Below are positions 27,305 to 36,812 of a stretch of 64,000 nucleotides of DNA, piece by piece. The position numbers and the translations under genes were made by a program. The notes beneath the pieces were generated by a model. It did not search any database. It was not told where the DNA came from and saw only the letters and a list, made by a program, of their open reading frames with translations. The first letter of the stretch is position 1; every line of letters begins with the position of its first letter. The DNA comes from a virus. Taxonomy: Duplodnaviria > Caudoviricetes. Location of the stretch: the IMG/VR virus record IMGVR_UViG_3300033075_000708, positions 712 to 64,711 of that record; one strand, given 5' to 3'.

Positions 27305-28257
27305 GACTTGACCAGCTTCACGCAGCGGTAGGAGTAGCCGCCCGTCCGGGTCAGCCGGCTGGCGTAGGCCATGTGCAGCTTGCCCTTGTTCTGGTAAGCC
27401 GGCAACAGCACGCCCTGGTACATGCCCGGCTGGCGGCGGCTGGGCCTCCTGCCGATGAGGATCTCGTTGTCATCGAGGACCGTGGTCGAGTAGGCGGCGT
27501 CCAGGCCGGCCTGCTTCGCCTTGCCCGCGTCCAGGCTCTTCAGCGTCGGCGTGTTAAAACTGCCCTCGCCGGCCTCGTCCATGCCCCACTTCGCGGCCAC
27601 GCTCTTGGACATCACCGCCCACATAGGCACTTCGCTCGGGTGTTTGCCCGAGTAGCTCAAAACCCTCTTGATCTCGCTCTCGACGTGACCCACGACCTCG
27701 TCCAGGGACGACGAGTAGGGCATCTCGATGTGCAGGCTGTTGGCCTTGATGCCGAAGAAGAGGCTGTGGTCACAGGCGAGGGCGATCCGGCCAACCTCAT
27801 CAGCATCCTGGGCCAGTTCGCGGAAACGGCGGTCCAGGGCGTTGTCGTTGCAGAACGGTCCCTCAAACAGGTAGTCGCTCGGGAAGGTGCTGACGTAGCA
27901 GTCCTCCATCTCGTAGTGCGTCTGCATGTGGTCCTCATACCAGAGCAAGCCGCCCCAGCACGACATCGCCAGGGGGTGGGTCAGCACCCGCGAGGCCATG
28001 TTCCTCAGGATCGCGTAGACCGCCTCATAGTCGTAATCCCTGCACTCGATCTCGGCTGCCTTGTGGCAGTTGCTGACGATCTGCCCGACCTCCAGGGCGG
28101 GCCAGCCGGTTTTCTGCTCCAAGTACTGCTCGATCTCCCGCTGGGGCCACATGGCGAACATGGGCGTATCGCTCAATCTGAGCAGATTGTTAAGTTTGGT
28201 CCTTCCCTCCAGTGCCCTGATAAGGTCGCACTGCCAGCTAGATGCAAGAAGCGTCAT
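27301..28257 (-). CDS. Hypothetical protein, possibly a divergent capsid-fold (gp23/gp24-like) paralogue
   Basis: C-terminal ILIG...PG....LPAY...SRLTRTG loosely resembles the gp23 C-terminus. Confidence 0.45.
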   Translation of the reverse strand: MTLLASSWQCDLIRALEGRTKLNNLLRLSDTPMFAMWPQREIEQYLEQKTGWPALEVGQIVSNCHKAAEIECRDYDYEAVYAILRNMASRVLTHPLAMSCWGGLLWYEDHMQTHYEMEDCYVSTFPSDYLFEGPFCNDNALDRRFRELAQDADEVGRIALACDHSLFFGIKANSLHIEMPYSSSLDEVVGHVESEIKRVLSYSGKHPSEVPMWAVMSKSVAAKWGMDEAGEGSFNTPTLKSLDAGKAKQAGLDAAYSTTVLDDNEILIGRRPSRRQPGMYQGVLLPAYQNKGKLHMAYASRLTRTGGYSYRCVKLVKS

Positions 28258-28260
28258 TGG

Positions 28261-28779
28261 TTACCTCAGCACTCCTTCTTCGATCTTCCTGTCAATGAAA
28301 TCCCTGATTTCCGCCCAGGATACCCGCACTTCAACTCCCTCGCAGGCGTCTCGGAAGGTATCTAGTTCGTCGTCCGGCACACCTTCGACGTGAAAGCAGC
28401 GGACTTGGTTGTGGCAGGTGTGGACCCGCTCCAATGTAAGTTTGAATGGAACTAAGGGCAGGAGACGCTCGGTGATGAGGTCTTGGAGGAGGTCTTCGTA
28501 CCAGTATTTCTCGCCCCTGCCGATGTGCCACTTGATGCCCTTGTCGCGGCAGACGTGGTCGTAGAACTCGTCCCTGAAGATGTCCCCGTCCTGAAACCCA
28601 CCCTTGTCGAAGAGGTCGCGGGCACGGAGGGTGTAGAAGACCTGATCGGCTGGGATCGGGTCCGAGAAGAGGCGGCGAGGCTCACCGAAGGTCGGTGAGC
28701 CTGTCTTGGCCCGCCAGTAGGCGAGCCACTGCTCTTGGTCATTTTCCGCCCACTTGGGGCTGTCGGCGGCGATGTCCAC
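28261..28779 (-). CDS. Hypothetical protein
   Basis: ORF in operon packing. Confidence 0.65.
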   Translation of the reverse strand: MDIAADSPKWAENDQEQWLAYWRAKTGSPTFGEPRRLFSDPIPADQVFYTLRARDLFDKGGFQDGDIFRDEFYDHVCRDKGIKWHIGRGEKYWYEDLLQDLITERLLPLVPFKLTLERVHTCHNQVRCFHVEGVPDDELDTFRDACEGVEVRVSWAEIRDFIDRKIEEGVLR

Positions 28780-28781
28780 GG

Positions 28782-29777
28782 TCAGTCCCCCTTCATCACT
28801 CTGAGACTGTCCTCGGGACGGTCGGTGGTGCTGAACTCAAAAAGGTCGGACTCCTCGACCCCTAGCATTCTATGACGCATGCCGGGCGGGACGTGGAACA
28901 CGTCGCCCGGCACCATCAGCACCTCCTGGGTGTTGTTGAGGTCGTCGTCTGGGCCGTACTCTACCAAGAGGCAGCCCGACTGGAGGTAGAACACCTCGTC
29001 CTTGACGAGGTGGTAGTGGTAGCTGCAACGCTTGCCCTGGTTGAAGTGCAGGATCTTGCCGCAGTAGCCGCCAGTGCCGTTGTAGAGCCACTGTTCGTAA
29101 CCCCAGCCTTTCTTGACGAAGTACTGGTCCATCCACCCGAACGTGCCAGGCTTGTCAACGGGCTGAAATGGCGTTCCTGAGCAGTAAGCCAGGACAAGAT
29201 CCCTGATCACGTCCTTGGCTACCAACTTCATGTGCTTGTCGCTCAGGAGCCTGCCTTTGACACTGTTGCAGATCCAGCAGCACTTCTTCAGGTTACCGAG
29301 TGTGTACCCCCCACAAGAGTCTATCCTGTCGATTGTTAGGATGTCGATCTTCCTGCCGCTGAAAAGGGGTTTGAACTTGAGTATCTCGGGGTCACCGCCC
29401 TCGTAGTCCAACACGAAGTCTCTGATGCGACGATAATCCTCTATCGTCATGCGGCAATACTCGCAAACGTCTGGGCTACTCCCCCACCAAGACTTCAACT
29501 GCTCCTTAGTGAGGTCAAATGCCAGACCCCTGGTCTTTGCGGAGTTCTTCAAGGCGGACCATCTACCACCCCCAGAGGCGTAGTAACCTTCGCTCCTGGC
29601 TGCGGCCTTGTACTTCTTGGCACAGGCTGACCGTGAGGCTTGACTAGCCTTGTTCATCTCCTTGACGCACTGTCTGCAATAGCACTCATGGCCGTCTGGC
29701 CGAGTTCTGTTCTTGTTGAACTCGGCCAGCGGCTTTTCCTTCTTGCACCTGATACAGGTCTTTTCACTGTTCGGCAT
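28782..29777 (-). CDS. HNH endonuclease fused in frame to a cupin (sugar isomerase/epimerase-like) domain
   Basis: DRIDSCGGYTLGNLKKCCWICN; VKKGWGYE...CSYHYHLVKDEVF...PGMRHRM; internal ATG at 29132. Confidence 0.8.
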   Translation of the reverse strand: MPNSEKTCIRCKKEKPLAEFNKNRTRPDGHECYCRQCVKEMNKASQASRSACAKKYKAAARSEGYYASGGGRWSALKNSAKTRGLAFDLTKEQLKSWWGSSPDVCEYCRMTIEDYRRIRDFVLDYEGGDPEILKFKPLFSGRKIDILTIDRIDSCGGYTLGNLKKCCWICNSVKGRLLSDKHMKLVAKDVIRDLVLAYCSGTPFQPVDKPGTFGWMDQYFVKKGWGYEQWLYNGTGGYCGKILHFNQGKRCSYHYHLVKDEVFYLQSGCLLVEYGPDDDLNNTQEVLMVPGDVFHVPPGMRHRMLGVEESDLFEFSTTDRPEDSLRVMKGD

Positions 29778-30417
29778 AGAAGTAGGAGAGTACGAAAGGC
29801 AGAAGCATCTTGTCGATCTTCTCCTTGAACTCGTCCAGGCCGGCCTCGTTCCTGAGGAAGAAGTGGACGCGGTTCGCCCCAGGCGGCATCGGCGGTTGGT
29901 TCTCCTGCCAGGAGGGCAGGACGCGGCCCTCCATGCCGGTGTCCCTGTACCAGCGGATGATCGCGGCCAGTTCCGCCTCGCTGGGGTGCGGGTCGTTGTT
30001 CTCGTTGCCCAGACGCCAGATGAGGGCGTTGATGCCGCCGTCGAAATGGATGCGTTCCATCTCGTTGATGTAACGCACGTCGGAGATGATCTTGGGGTCG
30101 TCGCCCCTGAGGGCCAGGTCCATCCAGATGGTGGGCCGGATTTGGCGGAAGCCGTCCCCGATCCACTGGAGGGACTTCCTGACGGTCATGCTGAGGCCCG
30201 GCGGGATCTCGTCCCGCCGCTTCCACTCCTCCACGAACTCGTAGGTCTTGTCGAAGTTGTCGCAGAAGACCTTCTTGACCCCCAGGGCGAAGGCCCCTCG
30301 GGTCCACTTGGGCGGTCCCTTGAGCAGGTTCAGCCGCTCCTGAAGATGGTCACTAAGGGCATCCTTTCCGCTGCCAAGCTGGCCCCCCACCCCGATGATT
30401 TTCGCTTTCATGGTCAT
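29764..30417 (-). CDS. Deoxynucleoside monophosphate kinase (T4 gp1-like)
   Basis: GGQLGSGKD, AFA..VK, RKSLQWIGD..R, IISDVRYINE, HPSE. Confidence 0.85.
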   Translation of the reverse strand: MTMKAKIIGVGGQLGSGKDALSDHLQERLNLLKGPPKWTRGAFALGVKKVFCDNFDKTYEFVEEWKRRDEIPPGLSMTVRKSLQWIGDGFRQIRPTIWMDLALRGDDPKIISDVRYINEMERIHFDGGINALIWRLGNENNDPHPSEAELAAIIRWYRDTGMEGRVLPSWQENQPPMPPGANRVHFFLRNEAGLDEFKEKIDKMLLPFVLSYFYAEQ

Positions 30418-31166
30418 CTCCACTTGTATGAGTAGGATGCGACTGGGCATGGGCCGATAGACTTGAGCAAGCCTTCAACTCCATCCCTCTTGCACAAAGA
30501 AATCCTATACTTCGGCACACTTTTCTTGTCGATACCAACCATGACAAGTTTCGGCCTAACATCCCATGCCCTACCCAGGTCAGCAGCCAGCCTCTCAGTG
30601 TCCTCCCTTAAAAATGAGTCTGTGCATATCCTCAAGATAGTCCGAGACTTGGTGCCATCTCCTAGTATCCAGTACCTGATCACCTCTGGATCTGTCAGGT
30701 CAATATCTGGTGGTGGCCGCTTGACACCTTGATCCGAGTACCACCTCAACCTCTCTTCCCCAAGATCCAAGAACGACAAGCTACGCACGTTCCAGAAGCA
30801 TTTACCCCGCCTCGGAACACATGCTTTGCGTGGTTCCAGTAGCCAATCCCTCATCTTTGCGACAAGCAGATCGGCCCACTCTTCATTTGTCGTATCTACC
30901 CTAAGGCACGATGAGGAACAGCACCCCTTGAACCTGCTTAGGTTGCCATCAGAGAGCATCAGGCCATCGAACCACCCAGGTCTATCCCAGCCAGGGAGCC
31001 GACTTTGCCTGGAAATCAGTTTCTCTGGCCTCGGCTTTCTTGGCCTTGACGCACCAACCTCTCTGACCCATTCGCCTATAGCACTCTTGGATGCACCTGT
31101 GGCCGCAGCAACTTCCCGCGTAGTCATGCCGCCCAGGTACAGCTTGATCGCAGTTTCTCTGTCCAT
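30414..31166 (-). CDS. LAGLIDADG homing endonuclease with N-terminal HTH
   Basis: FDGLMLSDG, YWILGDG, ICTDSF. Confidence 0.8.
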   Translation of the reverse strand: MDRETAIKLYLGGMTTREVAAATGASKSAIGEWVREVGASRPRKPRPEKLISRQSRLPGWDRPGWFDGLMLSDGNLSRFKGCCSSSCLRVDTTNEEWADLLVAKMRDWLLEPRKACVPRRGKCFWNVRSLSFLDLGEERLRWYSDQGVKRPPPDIDLTDPEVIRYWILGDGTKSRTILRICTDSFLREDTERLAADLGRAWDVRPKLVMVGIDKKSVPKYRISLCKRDGVEGLLKSIGPCPVASYSYKWR

Positions 31167-31222
31167 GCTCTATCATAGGCGTGTAGTCCTAATCTGAACT
31201 AGACTGTCCCGAAGGAGAGAAC

Positions 31223-31549
31223 ATGCCGAAGAAGAAACGCAAGAAGGGCAAAAGGGTGCCCCTGGAGCCGATCTGCAAGAACTGCCGCCTCTACGACCCC
31301 AGGACCGAGACGTGCAAGGTCACCATCCTGCACGACGGGCGTCGGTACAACATGCCGGTGTCCCCTAACGACCGCTGCCACATGGATGAACTGGGAATCG
31401 AGGTCAAGGAGGTGCGTTTCTGGGTTGAAGACCCGGTCACCGGGGAGAAGACCGGGGGTAACGGCGTCGTCAAGATGCAGTACCCCGAAGGTTTCTTTGC
31501 TGAACCGCCTGACGATGAGCCGCCACCTCCCGAACCTTTCGCGGGTTGA
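31223..31549 (+). CDS. Hypothetical Cys-containing protein
   Basis: AAGGAG SD; ICKNC.LYD. Confidence 0.65.
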   Translation: MPKKKRKKGKRVPLEPICKNCRLYDPRTETCKVTILHDGRRYNMPVSPNDRCHMDELGIEVKEVRFWVEDPVTGEKTGGNGVVKMQYPEGFFAEPPDDEPPPPEPFAG

Positions 31550-31880
31550 GCAGCAACCTCATCTTGTTGCCCTTCCTCATCAGCCCCAAGACCGTGGGGC
31601 CGGCATTCCTCATCGGGGCGAAGGCCCCCTGGCACTCCGAGGTGTTGCCGCACAAGTTGCACCTCGGGGCGTCGATGGTCACGCTGATGACCTGGCCGTC
31701 GCCCACCAGGGCCTGGTCCTCTTCCCCGTTGATGTAGACCTTGTCCACGCAGCCGCAGGGGTCTGTCAGGGTGTGGCTGACCACCTGCTCACCGATGGCG
31801 TAGGCCACCCCATCGGTGTACTCCAATCCGCACTGGTTCCCAGACACCAGTTCTACGCTAATAGTGCAGTCGCAACTCAT
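31470..31880 (-). CDS. Cys-rich hypothetical protein (possibly virion)
   Basis: GATAAATA motif upstream; divergent from the Ser-rich gene. Confidence 0.65.
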   Translation of the reverse strand: MSCDCTISVELVSGNQCGLEYTDGVAYAIGEQVVSHTLTDPCGCVDKVYINGEEDQALVGDGQVISVTIDAPRCNLCGNTSECQGAFAPMRNAGPTVLGLMRKGNKMRLLLNPRKVREVAAHRQAVQQRNLRGTAS

Positions 31881-31921
31881 GGCTACCCCTATTTATCCGC
31901 CAGGCCAAACTATCTAAAGGC

Positions 31922-34900
31922 ATGGCTTGCGTCGGTCCCTTTTCCAGGGGGTTAGAAGGAAATCTCACCTGCTGTTCGTGTAGATGCTGCCCGCCGCCGG
32001 CGTGCCCACTCATCATTTTCCGATGGTCGGCCACCCCGAGCAGCAGCAGCAGTAGTAGCAGTTCCTCGTCCTCATCGTCATCATCGTCCAGGCTCTCCTC
32101 GTCCTCGGTGACCTCATCGTCGGACTCGGTGTCGTCCTCGGCGTCGAGTGACTCTTCGCCTAGCTCAGTAATGTCCTCGGTGTCCAGCGACTCTTCACCT
32201 AGCTCCGTGTCTTCAACAGTGTCCTCGGTGTCGAGCGACTCCTCGCCTAGCTCCGCGTCCTCGGTGTCGAGCGACTCCTCGCCTAGCTCCGTGTCTTCAA
32301 CAGTGTCCTCGGTGTCGAGCGACTCTTCGCCTAGCTCCGTGTCTTCAACAGTGTCCTCGGTGTCGAGCGACTCTTCGCCTAGCTCCGTGTCTTCGGTGTC
32401 GAGCGACTCTTCGCCTAGCTCCGTGTCTTCAGTAGTGTCCTCGGCGTCGAGTGACTCTTCACCTAGCTCCGTGTCTTCGGTAGTGTCCTCGGCGTCGAGT
32501 GACTCTTCACCTAGCTCCGTGTCTTCAGTAGTGTCCTCGGCGTCGAGTGACTCTTCACCTAGCTCCGTGTCTTCAGTAGTGTCCTCGGCGTCCTCGCCTA
32601 GCTCTGCCTCTTCTCCGTCCTCGGCGTCGAGTGACTCATCGGTCAGCAGCAGTTCTGCGGTCAGCCCGTCGAGCAGCAGTAGCGGTGCCAGGGCCTGGTA
32701 CTGCATGCAGTACGGCGGGACTTGCGGCGGGTGCGAGTATACCTGGGACGGAAGCCAGTGGGTCGGGCCTGTCGATATGTGTGCCGCCAACTGCAACTGT
32801 GCCCCTGGCGGTGGGCCGGGCGGGTCTGGTGCCTTCATAGGCGACACCACCAGCATCCCGTGCGAGGGGACGAAATCGTGCTTCTACTTGTCGATTGACG
32901 AGCAGGCAGCCATGATCGACGACGGCTGGGCTGTCCTTAGCGGACCTCACCCTGACGAGGTTGCCTGTAACGCGGCATGCGGCATTTCGTCAAGCTCTAG
33001 CTCGACAATTTCGTCGTCGGTGTCAAGTAGCTCGGTGTCCAGTAGCTCTGTGCCCAGTAGCTCTGTGACCAGTCCATCGTCTCAGCCAAGCTCTGTCGAT
33101 CCCTGTCGCCCTGATCTCAACACACTGTGCCTCAAAATGACGACGAGCGGTTGTGGTGAAATCAATCTCGTTCTGGAAAGCTCCGCATCGGGCGAGTGGA
33201 GTTTCGCTTTCGTGCCTGGGGCTTGCATTTGCCCAGGCTTCTACCAGAACGAAGGGTGGATCGCAATTGTGACTTGCAACGCAGGCGTGTGGCAATTGAG
33301 CATGTCTGGTCCGACTGGTCAATTCACAGCGAATGGTGGCGGCAGCACCGTCATGACTGTCGGGTCATACAACCCCCTGTCACTGAGCATCAGCGGCATC
33401 CTGTCTTGTGGCGATGCCCCCCAAACAGAGATCCCCGCCACCATTACGGTCACCCAGTGTCAGTCCTCCTCTGGTTCTGGTTCTGGCACCCCTAACGCCG
33501 CCTCAAGCAGTAGCTCGTCTAGCAGCAGTAGCTCGTCGTCCAGCAGCAGTAGCCCCAGCAGTCCAAGCAGCGTGTCTTCGTCTGGCTCTGGGAGTATCAT
33601 CCCTGGGTCTTCCAGTGGGTCTTCCAGTGGGTCTTCCAGTGGGTCGTCTTCGTCGGCACCGAGTAATGTTTCCTCGACATCGTCTTCCTCGACGCCGAGC
33701 AGCACGCCATCGTCGGCATCCTCAGGGTCAGCCGCGTCGAATGCGTGCTGCCCCAACAACACCGCCGTCGCCACCGTCATGGGACAAGATGACTGTGCGG
33801 CGTGTGCTACTGGCACTCTGACATTCACCTACGACGCCAACGACCCTTTCGGTGAGGGCTGGTACGCCACCTACACGGGCTGCGGCGTCGATTGCCCTGG
33901 CATGACACTCAAGTTGAAGTGGATGTGTGCCGGCGGCAACTGGAGCATGACGCTCGTAGAGGCCACCAACGACGGCGGCTCGTTCTCGGTCCCCTTCACG
34001 CTGGCGAAGAATGGTAGCACCTACAGCGTCCCGGTAGCTGTGTGCTGCGGACCAGCCGGTGGCACCTTGCAGTTCGTGCTGCCGGATTGCGGTTCGTCTA
34101 GCTCGTCACCGAGTGGCACATCACCGTCATCGGCGTCGTCTGGTTCAAGTGGTTCAGGCTCCAGTGGTTCCGGCGGTTCAGGTTCCAGTGGTTCAGGAAA
34201 CCTGACCACTTGCTGTCCAAACCCAATTCCCAGCAGTCTGGTTGCTGTTCTTAGTAACGGAACGGGTGGGTGTTCGGGATGTTTGCCGCCTACCATCACT
34301 CTGACCTACAACTCCATCGGCGGTGCTGGTGGCTACCAGTGGCAGGGCACTGGTACGGCTAATTGCGGCGGTGCCACCAACATATTAGACCTGGCACTTC
34401 AGTGCCCAAGCCCAGGTACGACGTGGACGCTGTCCTCAACGTCGTGCGGGTTCTCCTACGCCGGAACAGTGGTCGGCTCGACCGTGACGTTCACGATCCC
34501 CAACTGCCCCGGCAACTGTTTGGGCGGTGGCGGCTACTTCGTCAGCATTGACCTCGGGTCGGTCTGCGGGTCCAGCGTATCCTCAAGCTCGGGCGGCTCG
34601 TCGTCAAGCTCGGGTGCGTCATCCTCAAGCTCGGGAGGCTCGTCAAGCAGTTCCTCCAGTAGCTCAAGCACAGGGTCGGCGTCATCCGGGTCGTCGCAGG
34701 GTTGCGGCTGCTTCGCCCCAGTCATGGTCGCCACAATGACCGGCAACAGTTGCTCGTCGTTCAACCAGACCTACACCATGCCCGTTAGTTCCAGCTTCCC
34801 TTGCATCTGGACCGTTCTCGTCCTCTCTGGGAATGTCTCATGCGTCGTCGCGTACAACGGGACGTGGACTCTGACCATCGGCTCGGGGTCTGAAACAGCG

Positions 34901-35623
34901 ACCTACACCGGCGGCACAGACCCAACATGCCCCTGCAACAACTTCAACCTGTCGGTAACGACAGGCAGCAACTGCACATGGCCCTCTACCATTTTTGTCT
35001 GTGGATCAGGGTCCAGTTCCAGCAGTGCAACTAGCACGTCGTCCAACTCGTCCCAGAGTAACCAGTCGAGTAGCTCTAGGAGCAGTAGCTCTAGGAGCAG
35101 CAGTAGCTCTAGGAGCAGCAGTAGCTCTAGGAGCAGCAGTAGCTCTAGGAGCAGCAGTAGCTCTAGGAGCAGCAGTAGCTCTAGTGGCTCTCTTTCCTCC
35201 TCTTCATCTGGGGGGAGCGGGGGCGGGGTCAGCACGCCGTGCTGTCTTCCACCTAATGGCATCCCCGCCACTCTGACCGTGAACTTCATCGGCGGGCCGT
35301 GTGCGACAAGCACGTCTATAAGCTACAATCCACTCAACCAGACGTGGAGTACGCCTATCTTCGTGATGAACTCTTGCAACACTCAGGGTGGCACACAGTT
35401 CCTTAGCCTTACCTTCAGGTGTGTCACCGGCAACAAACTGGAGCTTGTCTACTGGGACAGCTTCGACTTCGTGGACATCGTCCGTGTCGAGTGGACTTCT
35501 GGCTCGTACTCTTGTTCGTCGCCTTTCTCCATTAGCTCGTCTGCGGCTACCACCTTCAACCAGTACTACGACTGGAACTGCCCAGGATGCTCGGGATTCA
35601 CCGAGGTAACCGTCACAGGCTAA
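31922..35623 (+). CDS. 1233-aa Ser-rich / Cys-rich modular protein (putative glycosylated virion fibre)
   Basis: Alternating poly-Ser linkers and Cys-rich domains starting CC; CTATCTAA + 4 nt + ATG. Confidence 0.85.
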   Translation: MACVGPFSRGLEGNLTCCSCRCCPPPACPLIIFRWSATPSSSSSSSSSSSSSSSSSRLSSSSVTSSSDSVSSSASSDSSPSSVMSSVSSDSSPSSVSSTVSSVSSDSSPSSASSVSSDSSPSSVSSTVSSVSSDSSPSSVSSTVSSVSSDSSPSSVSSVSSDSSPSSVSSVVSSASSDSSPSSVSSVVSSASSDSSPSSVSSVVSSASSDSSPSSVSSVVSSASSPSSASSPSSASSDSSVSSSSAVSPSSSSSGARAWYCMQYGGTCGGCEYTWDGSQWVGPVDMCAANCNCAPGGGPGGSGAFIGDTTSIPCEGTKSCFYLSIDEQAAMIDDGWAVLSGPHPDEVACNAACGISSSSSSTISSSVSSSSVSSSSVPSSSVTSPSSQPSSVDPCRPDLNTLCLKMTTSGCGEINLVLESSASGEWSFAFVPGACICPGFYQNEGWIAIVTCNAGVWQLSMSGPTGQFTANGGGSTVMTVGSYNPLSLSISGILSCGDAPQTEIPATITVTQCQSSSGSGSGTPNAASSSSSSSSSSSSSSSSSPSSPSSVSSSGSGSIIPGSSSGSSSGSSSGSSSSAPSNVSSTSSSSTPSSTPSSASSGSAASNACCPNNTAVATVMGQDDCAACATGTLTFTYDANDPFGEGWYATYTGCGVDCPGMTLKLKWMCAGGNWSMTLVEATNDGGSFSVPFTLAKNGSTYSVPVAVCCGPAGGTLQFVLPDCGSSSSSPSGTSPSSASSGSSGSGSSGSGGSGSSGSGNLTTCCPNPIPSSLVAVLSNGTGGCSGCLPPTITLTYNSIGGAGGYQWQGTGTANCGGATNILDLALQCPSPGTTWTLSSTSCGFSYAGTVVGSTVTFTIPNCPGNCLGGGGYFVSIDLGSVCGSSVSSSSGGSSSSSGASSSSSGGSSSSSSSSSSTGSASSGSSQGCGCFAPVMVATMTGNSCSSFNQTYTMPVSSSFPCIWTVLVLSGNVSCVVAYNGTWTLTIGSGSETATYTGGTDPTCPCNNFNLSVTTGSNCTWPSTIFVCGSGSSSSSATSTSSNSSQSNQSSSSRSSSSRSSSSSRSSSSSRSSSSSRSSSSSRSSSSSSGSLSSSSSGGSGGGVSTPCCLPPNGIPATLTVNFIGGPCATSTSISYNPLNQTWSTPIFVMNSCNTQGGTQFLSLTFRCVTGNKLELVYWDSFDFVDIVRVEWTSGSYSCSSPFSISSSAATTFNQYYDWNCPGCSGFTEVTVTG
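32130..32640 (+). repeat. Imperfect in-frame tandem repeats (39-48 nt units; SSVSSDSSPSSVS[STV])
   Basis: Recurrent TCGGYGTCGAGYGACTCYTCRCCTAGCTCCG units. Confidence 0.85.
35070..35183 (+). repeat. 18-nt tandem repeat (SRSSSS)
   Basis: TCTAGGAGCAGCAGTAGC about 5 copies. Confidence 0.85.
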
Positions 35624-35634
35624 GGGATCAGGAT

Positions 35635-36780
35635 ATGGAATGCAAATGCACCGCACCGGGTTGGTGCGAAGCCTACAAGAAGAACATCACCGGCAGGCTC
35701 TGGGAAATCTGTCAGGGCGTGAACGTGTCCCCCAAGGTCAGGGATCACTACCTTGCTCAGTGGGAGGCACAGGCCATGCGGGGCGTGTCGTCGGAGGAGC
35801 CGGTCGTGGAACTGGAGACTGCCTCCAAAATCCACGTCCCCAAAGGCCAGAAATGCGTCAACCTGCACTTCCCCCTGTGTCCTGGCGACACCCTGGTGGG
35901 GACGGCAGCCGTGGAGTGCCTGAAAACGCAGTACGGCGACAGGTTCCTCGTCTCGGTGTCGGGCACTGCCGCCGATCACATCTTTGAGAACAACCCCGGC
36001 GTCGTCAAGAAGCCGACCGATAGGGAAGTGACCGAGATCGTGATGGAGTACCCCCTGATCAATAGCTCCAACCAGATGCCCGTCCACTTCTTGGAGGGCT
36101 ACACCCGATTTCTGGGTAGTAAGCTGAAAATCAACCTCGACATAACGGCCAACCGCCCCTACCTCTACATCAGCGATCAGGAGAACGGCTGGATTCCCCA
36201 GGTGCATGAGGTCACCCAGAAGTCGGTCAAGTACTGGCTGGTCTGCTCGGGGGTGAAAAACGATTACACGGTCAAAGGGTGGGGACACGACAACTACCAG
36301 GCCGTCATCGACCAGACCCCCTGGATTCAGTGGGTGCAGGTTGGCGAGAACAACCACAGTCACCATCCCCTCAGGGGCGTCTTGGACATGCGTGGCAAGA
36401 CCGACATGAGGCAGTTGATCAGGATGGCCTACAAAGCCGAGGGCGGCATCGGCGGCGTATCCCTGCTCCACCACATCTTCGCGGCCTTCTCCAAGCCATT
36501 CGTCTGCATCGCCAGCGGCATGGAGGCCCCGTCGTGGGAGAGGTACAACACCGAAACCTACCTATGCAAGGGTCACTGTCTGCCCTGCGGCAAGGACGGA
36601 GGTTGTTGGAAATCCAGGGTGACTCCTCTGGACGACAAAGACCCCAAGAACGACTCTCTTTGCAGCCTGCCGGTGTTCGGCGGTTCGTCGCCCATCCCCA
36701 AGTGCATGGCTATGATCGATCCTCGGGAGGTCGTGTCGGCCATCCGTGCGTACTACGAAGGCGGACTGCTTAGTCACTGA
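35635..36780 (+). CDS. GT9-like (ADP-heptose heptosyltransferase family) glycosyltransferase with an N-terminal Cys module
   Basis: PGDTLVGTA, IFENNP, KGW, WVQVG, LDMRGKTDMRQLI, GGVSLLHHIFAAF. Confidence 0.8.
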   Translation: MECKCTAPGWCEAYKKNITGRLWEICQGVNVSPKVRDHYLAQWEAQAMRGVSSEEPVVELETASKIHVPKGQKCVNLHFPLCPGDTLVGTAAVECLKTQYGDRFLVSVSGTAADHIFENNPGVVKKPTDREVTEIVMEYPLINSSNQMPVHFLEGYTRFLGSKLKINLDITANRPYLYISDQENGWIPQVHEVTQKSVKYWLVCSGVKNDYTVKGWGHDNYQAVIDQTPWIQWVQVGENNHSHHPLRGVLDMRGKTDMRQLIRMAYKAEGGIGGVSLLHHIFAAFSKPFVCIASGMEAPSWERYNTETYLCKGHCLPCGKDGGCWKSRVTPLDDKDPKNDSLCSLPVFGGSSPIPKCMAMIDPREVVSAIRAYYEGGLLSH

Positions 36781-36812
36781 CCGTTTCTGTGAAAAAGGCG
36801 TGATGCACAGCT

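Noticed and set aside
32130-32640. Repeats read as a CRISPR array
   Set aside because: Contiguous in-frame coding repeats with no unique spacers
31858-32856. Acidic repeat ORF (DTEDTELGEESL) on the minus strand
   Set aside because: Reverse complement of the Ser repeats; the plus-strand gene has the promoter motif and Cys domains
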